From Octopus sinensis (lineage: Eukaryota), in assembly GCF_006345805.1 (NCBI RefSeq), contig NC_043019.1:2976001-3040000 (forward strand): a DNA stretch of 64,000 nucleotides, given 5' to 3'. Below, piece after piece: positions 14,327 to 26,967 of the stretch (position 1 is the stretch's first letter; every line of letters starts with the position of its first letter). A program made the translations under genes and the position numbers. The notes below the pieces were generated by a model, which saw nothing but the letters and a program-made list of their open reading frames with translations, was not told the DNA's origin and searched no databases.

Positions 14327-17300
14327 GCTTTATTAAAATACATGCAGTAATACACACACCAGTGTACACATAATCAATCTAAACCAGTTTGTTCCTATGA
14401 TGACTAAAGCAGAAGTAAATGTTAAACAGCTCAACACGTGACTGGTTAACAAACACGTTTTCTATTATGAATATGTTATATATTTCAACTGACAGTGATG
14501 GTGGCGGTAATGATGATGATGAATTAGAAGAATAATCTATGTTGTAGCTATATTAATGGTAGTACTGAAATAAACAATAATGGCAATGAGATCAACCATG
14601 TGTTAGTTTGCTTATATAAAAAGTAGCACAATTGTTTTAAACATGCATTTCAAAAGATATTTTCATGCAAGGCAGAAGATGTTTTCAGTGATATACAGTA
14701 CAAATCAATGCATGTTGATTGACAAAATGAAGCAAAGAAGCAGAAGTATTGTAATGAACAGAAATGCTGAGAACATTTACCTGTAATGTGTTGAAACGTT
14801 CAATTTGATTTTAAATGATTGACATTTAACGTTGGTTTGGTTAAATGCCTAAATTCCTATAATCTAAAAATTACCTTTTAGATAAGAATTATTTGAAAAA
14901 TAAACATATAAATGACCTAGTTTATAAAAGTAAGCTGTTAAATTCCAAATAAATTGAACATTTCTATTATAACTTATGACAAATCAATAATAGTTACTGA
15001 AATCCTGCTAATAGATTTTCAGAGTGTATATAGTGATAATGTAGTGTTTAATGAAAGGAGAAGCCGTCAGTGATAACTTGTGCGTTTCTTGTGCTTGGTG
15101 GAATCAAGGATTTGTATAAGATAAATAAACATGTGGTATAATTAGAGATTGCAATGTAAAATATATTTAAAAATTATACTTTTAAATATGATATTTCATA
15201 AACTGTTTTAAAACATTAAAAAAAAAAATTAATTAACTATTTAACTATATCTTTAAAATAATTACAAATAAGTTACTGTTTCATATCATAATGTTAGTAG
15301 TAAATATAAAACATATTTTAAAAAGAATTTAGTTGAAATTACTTCATGTTAATGATCTTGAAAATCTTTTGATCAAAACAGAAATACATAAACCAAAAGT
15401 GAGAATCTTGTTATGAAATGGTCACACCAGTTATTCAAAGGATACTGACTTTGAATAGATTTTAATGTTAAAATCTAACTTGATAATTTTACTCTTCAAC
15501 AAGAAGATTGTTTTAATTATGTAGCAGATGAGAAAATCCAATCCAAATTAGAATTTATGACTAAAAATGGCTTCTGTTATTTGTTTGTGTAGCCGCAGAA
15601 TTGTCTAATTAAGAAGTGGTTAATCAGAGATAATGTTTGATTAACATTCCAACAGAAGATGCCTCTATATTTTTATGGGTGAGAGTTTGTTCAGGGAGTT
15701 TTGTCTGCTATATTAAATTCCCTTTCTGTTGATAGGATCTGTAACTTATTCAACAGAATTTTAAAATCTATAGTTTATAGAACAAATAAATATCCTAATC
15801 TGAAACTATAAATATAAATATTCTATCATTATATTGTGCACTGAAATACATGCCTTAAAATACTAAGTGGTATCACGTACGCTGCAACTTACCAAGGTCA
15901 CAGAATTCAAATAGTTTGCCCTTTAAATTTTGAAGCTCATGAAAATCTTGAACATTAAATGTATAATCCTCAGAAGGCTGTGATGCAAACTGTTTTAGTT
16001 CTGAGATCTCAGCCAATCCAATACCAATGGCATAAACTTGAATGCCTCTTTTATGTGCAGCCTTTGCTTCAATGCTGATTCTGTTAGTGTTCATATTAGA
16101 AATTCCGTCTGTTATCAAAATTGCCACATCAATGGCACTTTCTCTGTCACCATGTTCAGGAGTAAACATCCCTGCTCTCATTGTGTGAAGAGCTCCAGCT
16201 GTATTAGTGTTTCCATATCTATACCTGATCTTATCCAAAGCTCTAAATATTTCATTCTTTGTGAAATATTCATTTAAATGAAACTCAATATGAGATTGTG
16301 TACTAAAGGTAGCTACACCTACTCTAATCAATCCAGCATCAATAGTAGCGTTAGATAACAAGTCTTTAATAAAAGCAACCATTTTCTTAAAATTCCGTTG
16401 CTCAACACTCGTTGAAGTATCCATCAGGAAGACGATGTCAGTGCTAGTCGATATACAGCTTTCTGAAGATTAATAAACAGGAAAATTGTAAAATGTCAAC
16501 TACTGTATCAAGACTAAATGGTAAGGAAGGTTTTAAGATAATTAAAAGTAGAAATTCAGTTTATAATAAAATAGTCTTATAGGATAATGTGATAGTATAC
16601 TCTATTAATGTTTTAATCTAAATATAATATATTAAATGTAAAAAGCATGGAGATGAAGAATAGAAAGAGAATAGGAGAAACAGAAATATAGGAGAAAAAG
16701 AAAACAATGTGTATGAAAGAGTAAAGAAGTACTAAATGAAAAATGTATTTGGAATAAACAGAATGAAGAAAAGTTTATTAGTTTTACCATTCCCTATTTG
16801 TGTATGAGTGTTACTATTTATAAACAAAAATGTAAAATTAAAGTATTTCTGTATAGGTTACATGATCTAAAGTGAAATATACCTAAGTTAGAATGTTCCA
16901 GAAAACATTTGATAATAAATTAATTAAATAAAGTTTATAAAGATCTAATTAACCACTATTTATAAAATTTATGAAAGCAAAAACATTTGCAGTAAATAAG
17001 TAGAAATTAATTAAGCTCTATTACAAAAAATAACAAAAGTCACTATTTAATTATAAATGAAATACAGCTTTGAAATTGAAAACTGAAGTGAACAACTTTT
17101 AAAACAAAATTTTAAAAGCTAAATAACTATATTCCAAGTCAAAATATGAAAGAATTAGAGCGAAAGTTCATGAGTAAGTGAGGGAGAGAGAAAAAAAAGA
17201 CCAATAAAGAGAGATGGCTATACTTGCTACATATGGTTTACAAAGCTAGATTTAATGTTTAATCTAGAGCTGTTACATCAAAACATAATTATATATTCCA

Positions 17301-20300
17301 GCACAGAGATAAATACTATATGCATTTATCAAAAACTGCTGAAAAGTAACAAATTACAAAATTACTTCTAAATCAACTAAAGTCTGAACAACAATTCATT
17401 TCTGAACATACTTAATAAAGTTGAATATATTTGAAGTATTTACTTATTCTTTTTTAAACAATAATAATAACTTCTTACAATTAAAGAAGAATCGTTTGGG
17501 GATTCAGTAAATACCTGGGCAAAATTCTTTGAATACTTTAGTTCTTACTCCATGTAATTCATCAAAGTCTTGAACTTCGAATGTATTCTCAGTCGCCGGA
17601 TGAGAAGCAATACGATTTAATTCTCTTGAGTCACTAAGACCAACACCAATAGCATAAATATGTATGCCATCATTTTTGGCAAGTTCTGCTTCAGTGACAG
17701 TATTATAAGAATTGATGTTAGATACCCCATCAGTTACAACGACAGCTATGTTTTTCACATCTTCCCGGTCACCATTCTCTGCTGCAAACATTTCAGTTCT
17801 CATTACTTTTAGAGCAGCAGCCGTATTAGTGCTACCATAGGTATACTGGATAGTATCAATAGCTCTAAAAACATCTTCTTTATTAGAATAATCACTAAGA
17901 TGAAACTGAATGTTAACAGAAGTACTATACACAATAGCCCCAACACGCACAGCTTCTAGGCTAATGGTGGCATCTGTCAAAAATTCTTTCATAAATTTTT
18001 GCATATTTTTGAAGTTTATCTGGCTGACACTAGTTGAAGAATCCAGAACAAATACAATATCAGCTTTGGCAGCTCTGCAACGTCCTAAAGAAGGAGGTGG
18101 ATATATTTGTTAAGATAAAAATGGACAGTACTTTATGTATTGGTTAAAATGAGAGAATTAAAAAGTAGTATTATAAATTTGATGAGGAATGCATATATAT
18201 AAGTTACATGTTTTAGATTAGATAAATTTAAGATTAACTATGGCAAAATTGAGTTTGGTCACAAATATACAATATCAGTATTTTTGAAAATTTCTAACTA
18301 GCTTTTACATTATCAAAATTAACAACAAAATGATGTTATTTTTAGATTCTTATCACTCTTGAATTCATTAAATATTCTTAGATAAAACTTACCCCTAACT
18401 GACACAGGTGGTCGTGTTGGGGGTTCTGAAGGAAAGAAATAAAGCTTTTATATTAAAAGAGGCATTAACGGAGTATTACAAGACAGCAAATCCGAGTATA
18501 TTTCTTAAATATTCCACATAACTTACAAAGTTCCTTGAATAAACACTCTAAAAACTGGGAAATCAAGTTCTATAAAAGAGAGAATATTTTTCTATCAAAA
18601 CAGGTGGTCGCGTAGTAATTTACTGAAGCATATGAGAGTTGATTTGTCTATAACTGTGGTTGAATGAAAATCGATAAAAATATAAATGAAAATTAGTTAC
18701 AATTGTAAGGGACATAATTCATGGATTTCGGAACCATTTGTAAGGGGACATAACATGTGTTGTATATCATTTGTTGTCGACTTTGTTACAACCTCTGCAA
18801 TTTATTAAGTTGACTCAAGTGTATAATATAATTATATTAGATATAAGCACACTGAATCACTATAGTCAATCTTATTAGTATGTAAATTGTAAGTAGGTTG
18901 GTTCATCACATCAATAAACAATTGATATGTTCCTAGAATTATTATTAATGACATGTTAATATAAATTATTTTTGAATTTTTATTATTCTTTAATGTTATA
19001 ACAAGAGACAGGTTATCAAATAAATAATTGAAAAAAATACAGTAACATTAAATGCTTATGCACATTACAGTTCCATGTGGGAAGGAAGATAGCAACCAAT
19101 GGAATCAATATAGATGTTACTACTGTTACACATTAATGATTTCAAGGATATGGAAAGTAAAAAATTGCACCAAGCTGAATTCCAACTTAATGCATCAAAA
19201 CATCAAAGTTGAAAATAGAAGGCATATAGGTTAATTCGTAACTCTATTTGAAAAGATAATCAGGTAGAAAAACAATTAAGTTTCTTCAAAATAAGGGTAA
19301 TGATTCCATTGATAGTATAAAAATGGCTAAAACTTCTTATATATCATTTAATATTTTTTAAATAATAATACTAGTAATAATGTACATTTCTTTAAAAAGT
19401 TAATGGGAAGTTTGTTTCATTTTGATAACCTTACTCTTGTTTAACTATACTAATTTAGTTCATTAGATTATATTATCTTAAAATTATAGGGAACAAGAAA
19501 ATAATTTCAATGATAGAAGATGCAGTTTAACAACAAAAAATAAAGTCATGCTGAGTAATCAATGAAAACTTCATGTGTGTTGAGGTGATCATTCTTACCC
19601 GTAGGTCTGGGCTTTCGGGTTGGCATTCCTGAAAAAAAAATTCCACATCAAAAACGTAAATGACATAATGGTATGGTAAAGGATCCAGAAAAAAGTTTTA
19701 AATAATTTTTACTTCAAAAAGATGGCTTATATTTAACTTTCCACCTTTCAAAATATTATTTTTAATCAAGTGAAAGCATTACATCCTGTAAGTAGAAATA
19801 AAGTAAAAAGAATCCAAACCTCTCTGATAAAGAATGTGAGAAGACTAGTTTAAATGATCTGAATCTGTTTTCTTTCAGATAATCCTCAGAAAGATGAATG
19901 AATTTTTATTTGATTTGGTGGTATTTTCTAGGGCTGATAAAATGAAGTACAATTCTTGGGACGGTTGACTAGTAGTATCATTAGTATTGGTTAAAGTAAT
20001 TGTTTTAGCTTATGTGCTCTGATTTCAAATCTCTTTCTCACCTACATGGGCAGCTGATTTAATCTGTTACTCAATCTAATACCACCACTTGGCTCTTTTT
20101 TTTTATAGCAGAATTCACTCTATTGCAAGCTTTCTGGAAAGGTCTCTGGTTTCAGGATACCTTCCACCTTCTTCACTATTCTTGGAGCCCAAAAACTATT
20201 CACAAGCAGTACTCAACCCTCTTGACAAAGATAATTTTTGTATTATTATCATTGGGACTTTATTTTACAATTATTCCATTTACTAGAACTTCCATATGAT

Positions 20301-23300
20301 TTTCAATGTTTTCTTAGAATTTATTTCTAATATACAATAAATTAAATAAAATACCAGAAATCAAACTTCTAGGAGAAGTGGGAACTTACCAAGGCAAATT
20401 TCTTTAAACATTTCTGCTTGTAAGCCTTTGAGGTCATTGAACTCTCTAACTATTAATGTATTTTCTTCTGCAGGTTCTGATGCAATCTTCATAAGTTCAT
20501 TAGAGTCTGGCAAACCAATACCAATTGCATAAATATGAATATCTTGATTTTTGGTCAGTTCAGCTTCGTCAATTGTGCGGAAAGAATTAATGTTTGAAAC
20601 ACCATCTGTTATAACAAATAGTCTGTTCTGAGCTTCAGCTCGGTCACCACTCTCTATTCTAAATATTTCATTTCTGATAGTTTTCAAGCCATCAGCTGTA
20701 TTCGTACTGCCATATCTATAAGGTATTCTGTCAATTGCTTCAAATATTTCTTCTTTAGTTGTATACCTGTTCAGCAGGAACTCAATACGCACATGGGTAC
20801 TGAAGGTCACAATTGAGACATGGATTGCATCAGGTCCAATAACAGCTGTAGATAAGAATTCCTTCACAAATGTAAGAACCCTCTTGAAATTCCTTTCACT
20901 TACACTCGTTGAAGAATCAAGAAGGAAGGCAAGATCATATGATGCAGCGCTGCACTCTATATGCGCAAGGATGAAAAAAAAAAAAAAGCATAATTTGTAC
21001 AAGTATGTAAATGTTTGGTCTCACATGACATTTGAAATAAAAAGTAAAATAAGTTTAAAAGATTCATTAACAAATAAATAACAAGAATTTATAAGTATAC
21101 AGTTTTTAAAACAATGTTATTAGATACAAAGAGATAGGCATCATTTCATATATAAAGGCTAATATACTCACATGAAGATTATATAACATCATTACCATCA
21201 CTAAAGTTTTTAAATAAATTGCTCTACATTTTAACACAATGCATATTATTTTGACTTTAGCAAAAGCTAAAATGTGTATGGAGTTTTTAAAAAATAAGCT
21301 ACTTAAATTAGAAGTGTGTTGAAACTTAGCATCTTCATATTTGATTCGGTTTAAATAAGTGGAAGTATAATTACAGATGCTTGTATTTAGGATGTTTGTT
21401 TGTAATATTTTGTAGCTTTTATAAACTGACTTCATACAGTGCAGCATGAAAGTCTGTGTAAGGATTTTCAATGAATCATGGAATCAAGACAATAAAACAT
21501 ACCCGTTGTTGTAATTACTGGTGTTGTTGTAGGTTCTGCGAAGAAAGAACAAATTTTGTTTTTTTTCAATGAGGTGCAATGTAGATGAATTGGAAAGAAT
21601 GCAAGATGCAGGCAGGATTTGGTGTAGCATTGGGTGAGGCATTGACAAATGATTTGCATTTATTGTGAAATTATGTATACTTGTAATAAAATTAAAATAT
21701 GAAGTGCTTGTGGATGTGAAAATGTAATGAATTGAAAAGGAAAAATAATTTGCACTAAATTAACATCATACAACTGTAACTTAATGAAAAGTGTGACTAA
21801 AAGTGTTTGTTTTGCCATTGTGGCCAAGACCATGCCATGGCACTCGGCTAAAAATGTAGAAATATGACCTTTTCTTAAAATGAACGAAATAAACTTAATA
21901 CATTCAAATAGGAATTATATATTATTAATAATAATGGGTGTAGAGATAACTAGATTATAGTATTGATAAAGACTGGTCCTGTAGACATATTTTTAAATGT
22001 TTTCAGTTTATATAATGTTTTTCATTTCAGTCAATTCTGAAATCACCCTTAGTATCTATCTTTCAAATGAAACTAATAATAAACAAATTAAATTTAAGTT
22101 TTCAAAATCCAACAGAGAATACTACCAATTAATGTGGCTATAATAATAATTAGACTTTTTCCTAGATTTCTTACAATATTTTCTCTAAACTGTTTATTTA
22201 CAGTTTACCGCAGAAAGAATTTAAGATGTAATGCAGTATAAGAAATAAATTTGAATATATAATAAATATTTTAATGAGAAGAGTTTTGTTCTGTTGTTGC
22301 TTATAGCAAAGTTATGTAACATGTAGCCACTATAATTCGCAATACTACGATTTATAATTTTGAAAACCATATTCATAGATCAGGAATATCTTGTCAAAGC
22401 AAGTGTACAAAGAAATAAGATATTCTATATAGTTCAGAACTGAATGTTGATTTCAAAATCACAAATTCCTATTTTATCATATTTTCAGGATTTCTAGTTA
22501 AAAACAGAAATATTTCAAATGTTTCTTTATGTAATTCCTTGTTTACTGCTCTCTGCACTATCTAAAAGTTAAAGCAATATTATTCTTTATGCTGTCCAAG
22601 CTATGCAGGTCTAGACAACAATTCTATTAGTAAAAACAGTACACTTAGATTACTGCAGTCAATGCATGTTTTATGAAATATTATTTTAATCAACCTTATT
22701 CAATGAATATTTTATAAATGTGTTATAAAGAAACCTCAAATATATAAAGAAGATAACATATCAAAAACAGTGTATGCCTTGATTTTACATTTTAATGTAG
22801 GTTTCATGCAGAGAAAATAATATAGCTTATGAAGATTTTAATAGTAAGATACAAAGGCTCGTAATGGGAGTGTGGATAAGCTGGTGTTTTCTACAGTTGG
22901 AATTCTAGCCATAGTATTCAGATTTCAGCAACAAATTAATTTTGTCGATCAGTTAATGAGATGAGTGAACAGATAAATGTAGTGATGCAGTGGTGAATGG
23001 TGGGATGATGAAATATTTGAAAATTAATGGATTGCTTCATCATTTGATATCAAGATGTATCCTTTTCAACTGAAAATTACTGAATAAATAGCTAAGACAA
23101 TTTGTTTTACTCTATGTACATTTTAAGAATTATATTATTAAATCCTGTGTTATTTTTAATTCAATGGCCGGTTCAGAAAACTATGTAAAGTTGGTTTGAA
23201 ATTCATGTTTTAAAATGATTTTAACATTTCAAAAATTACTTTAATCTATGTTACTGTGGTTTATTTATCCATGTATGTAGTAATATTGTAATATCATATA

Positions 23301-24294
23301 AACTCTTGACCTGTATATCCTAAAGGTTGGAATAAATAAATGATTGTTAGATAATTATATGAGATTGTTCATCTGTTAGTTACTTAAAAATTACTCTTTA
23401 ATTATATGTTACACTGAGATTTACATCATTATTTAAATATATAATAGTTATTATTCTCATTTAAGTAAGAAAATTATTTTGAAGAAGTGTTCCTATAAAA
23501 TAGATTTACTGTGTAACATAGTAAAATGGTTATTGATACTGATTCGTAACCCCTGCCCTCCCATACTTAGTGACAAGAAAAAGGTGTATTTTATAAAGTA
23601 ATTTAAACATACCTGGCTGAAATTCAGTAAACACCAACTCCTTTAAGCCTTGAAGTTCATCAAAGTTTTGAGCAAGGAATGTATTTTCTTCCGCGGGTTC
23701 AGATACTATTTGGTGCAGCTCACTAAGTTCCACCAGACCCACACCAATGGCATAAATGTGAATATTTTCTTTTTTAACTAGAGCTGCTTCATCAACTGTA
23801 CGATAAGCATTAACATTGGAAACTCCATCTGTAACCACTATAGCTATATTCTTTGCATCTTCTCTGTCGCCACGTTCTTTCTGGAACATTACTTTCCTTA
23901 TGGTCTCTAAACCACCAGCAGTGTTTGTGCTTCCGTATGTGTATGGTATGTTATCAATAGCTTCAAGGATTTCCTCTTTTGTTTCATATGTATTTAAGTA
24001 AAATTGCACATTAATGCTTGTACTGTAAGTAACTATACCAATACGTATGCCATCAGGCCCAAAGTGTGCTTCAGCTAAAAAGTCTTTCACAAATGTTAGA
24101 ACTTTCTTGAAATTTCCTTCATTTACACTTGTTGATGTATCCAGCAAGAATATTATGTCAGAGGGAGCAAATTCTATATAATAAATAAATCAGGATTAGT
24201 TATATACATATATGAAACATAATATACACAACAAAATGATAATATTTAATATAGGTATTTATATCTTTAAAATATGTGAGTGTGTGTGCACATA

Positions 24295-24350
<56 letters not shown>

Positions 24351-26921
24351 CAGGAAGTTTGACAGAATTTGAGGCAGCGAGGACTTTGTCATACTCAAAT
24401 GGTTACTTTGTTTTGAGTTTCTACAGCCAGATACCCTTCAAATGCCAACCACTGTACAGAATATACTGGGTGTGTTGTTCATAAACCAGCACTTGTGAAC
24501 CTACCATATAGCTTCCAAAATGCAAATTCTCTTTGAATGAGTGAGATTAGAGTAGAAAAGGAGGCAGCATTATATGAGTAGCTGAGAAGTTAGTGTGAAA
24601 GAAGTGGGCAGAACAAAGTTTGGCTGTAGAAGAGCTACATGGCTTCTCACATTATACAAGCGTAGGTGGGAGTAGTCAGGATGAAACTGGAAAAAGAGAC
24701 AAAGATGCTGGTGATGTGTCTGGATTGGCACTGGTAATAGAAGAGGTAAGGTGGGTGGGCAGAGGTTGAAAGAGTTTATGAGAAAAGTGATGAATGGTTA
24801 GAGACAGGATAAGGATGCACAAGAGTTGGAGTGGAGGTGGGGATATCAAAGACAAATATGAGTGAGAGTGTGTGATGACTGTAGAGATTGAGTAAGGTAG
24901 AGAGATAAATGTTGTGAATTGCTGGACAAGGGTAGAAGGGCGATTGGTGATACATATGAGTTGGAGGATAGCAGAAGAGAGAATGTGCTGACTGACAGTA
25001 CAGAAGAGGTAAGAACTGCAGAATAGTACTCATAATACAGCAGACATGTGAGGTTGAGAGAAAGAGAGATTGCATATGGGTTGGTAGGATGTAAGAGTGT
25101 GAGGGAGAGACTGATATAGAGCAGGGGAGAGTGAGAGATGTATAGCAACAAGGGCAAGTCAACACAAAGTGATTTAGTGGGAAGAAGTAGTGGGGGGTGG
25201 AGCAATCAATATAAAATGTAAGTGGAGTAGGACAATGTTAAGAATGAAGAAATGATGCCAAAATTACAATGAAAAGTGGAATTTATGCAAACAGGTGTGT
25301 AATGTATGTTGTGAGCCTCAGCCAGATCTACTCATGGCAAGAAACACAGAAACAAATTCTCCTAGATTGGTAAGAGATGAGGTGCATAGAGTAATCATAT
25401 TGCCAGCAAAGAAATGGATAGATACAGTAACTGAAGTAGCCAGGGTGTGCAATAAGATAATTGAGCTTAGGCTGACATTCGACAACAGGATAGAGAAATA
25501 AGACCGTATTATGAAACTCTTCTGCAGACCATTTCTAACTTGACAGTAGTACAGAGATAAAATGATTAAGAATAAGAAGGCAGTGAAGGCATCTGGTCCA
25601 TCAGGAATCATTGGTGAGATTTAAATATTTGGTGGCGTGGGATACAGGCAGGACACCCATATAGAAAATCATATAGTATAATTGACTGGCATAGTAGCAT
25701 TATTGTCAATGGTTATAAGAGCGAAGGTGACACAGGAAACTACAGAGGTATTAAACTTGCAGGCTATGAAAATTACCAAACAAATTATATTGCAACTGAT
25801 TAGTTGGAAAATTAACACAGATGTGAAGCAGTTGAGTTTGGTTCAAAAAATACCATTAATGCCAACTTTCAACTGAGACAGGTAAAGAGGAAATATCTCA
25901 CCAGGAACAAGACCCTATACTTAGTTTTGTTGACCTAGATCAGGGGTCCCCAAACTTTTATAGACCATCAACCCCTTCATAAAATCTTTGATCCCCTCAT
26001 CGACCCACAGGCATGTACAAGAAAATAAATAAATAATAATTAAGTAAATGTGCATTTATCAACCCTTGAATAGTCCTATTGACCCTCACAGGTTGATATC
26101 GACTACATTGGAAACCCCTGACCAAGACAATGCCTTCAACAGGGATCCAAGCTCTGTGATCTGGTGATTACTGAGGACACTTTGAGTAGGTAAATGGTTT
26201 GTGAGAGTTGTATATGCCATGTATGTACAGAAATGAAGTCATTACTGTGAGAGTTACTAATGAGTATAATGGTAATTTCAGCATGAAGACAGAGGTACAC
26301 CAAAAATTAGTCTTTAGTCCTTTTCCTTTCATTATAGTCATCTCAGCATAATAGAAGAGTTTAAGTCTAGATGACTATGATTGAGATTACAAAGGGCATC
26401 CAGCTGTAGAAAATAAGCTAAAACAGACAATGAATCCTGGTATGACCCCTGACCTTGCTAGTTTCTGTCAAGCCATCCACCCCATGTCAGCATGGAAAAC
26501 GGATATTAAATGATGACGATATCATCATCATCATCATTTAACGTCCGCTTTCCATGCTAGCATGGGTATATATATATATATATATATATATGTATTAAAT
26601 ATTTCTGATTATATTTTAGATATTTCAATTAACCTGAAGATTGACTGTAACCATAACTCGAATTATCACAAATTGTACAGCCATGAAACGATCGTAGTGT
26701 TTTACTCTTTATCTTTTATTAAACTTTTAATACTTTTGATATATATCTAAAATAATATAAATTAATTAATTTTATGTATTGGCTTATGTTTTTCATTGTT
26801 TGATTTGCCTAATAGTGGTTTTATCTCTAATTTAATATAATATAATATAATATATTTATACTATAAAATTGGATTTAATCCTAAATCTGATTTTTCCCTG
26901 TAAGTTTGGATTTATTCCCTA

Positions 26922-26967
<46 letters not shown>

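Noticed and set aside
16788-16793. 6-nt candidate microexon between VWA8 and VWA9
   Set aside because: Poor pyrimidine tract and weak GTAAAA donor; VWA8 probably joins VWA9 directly.
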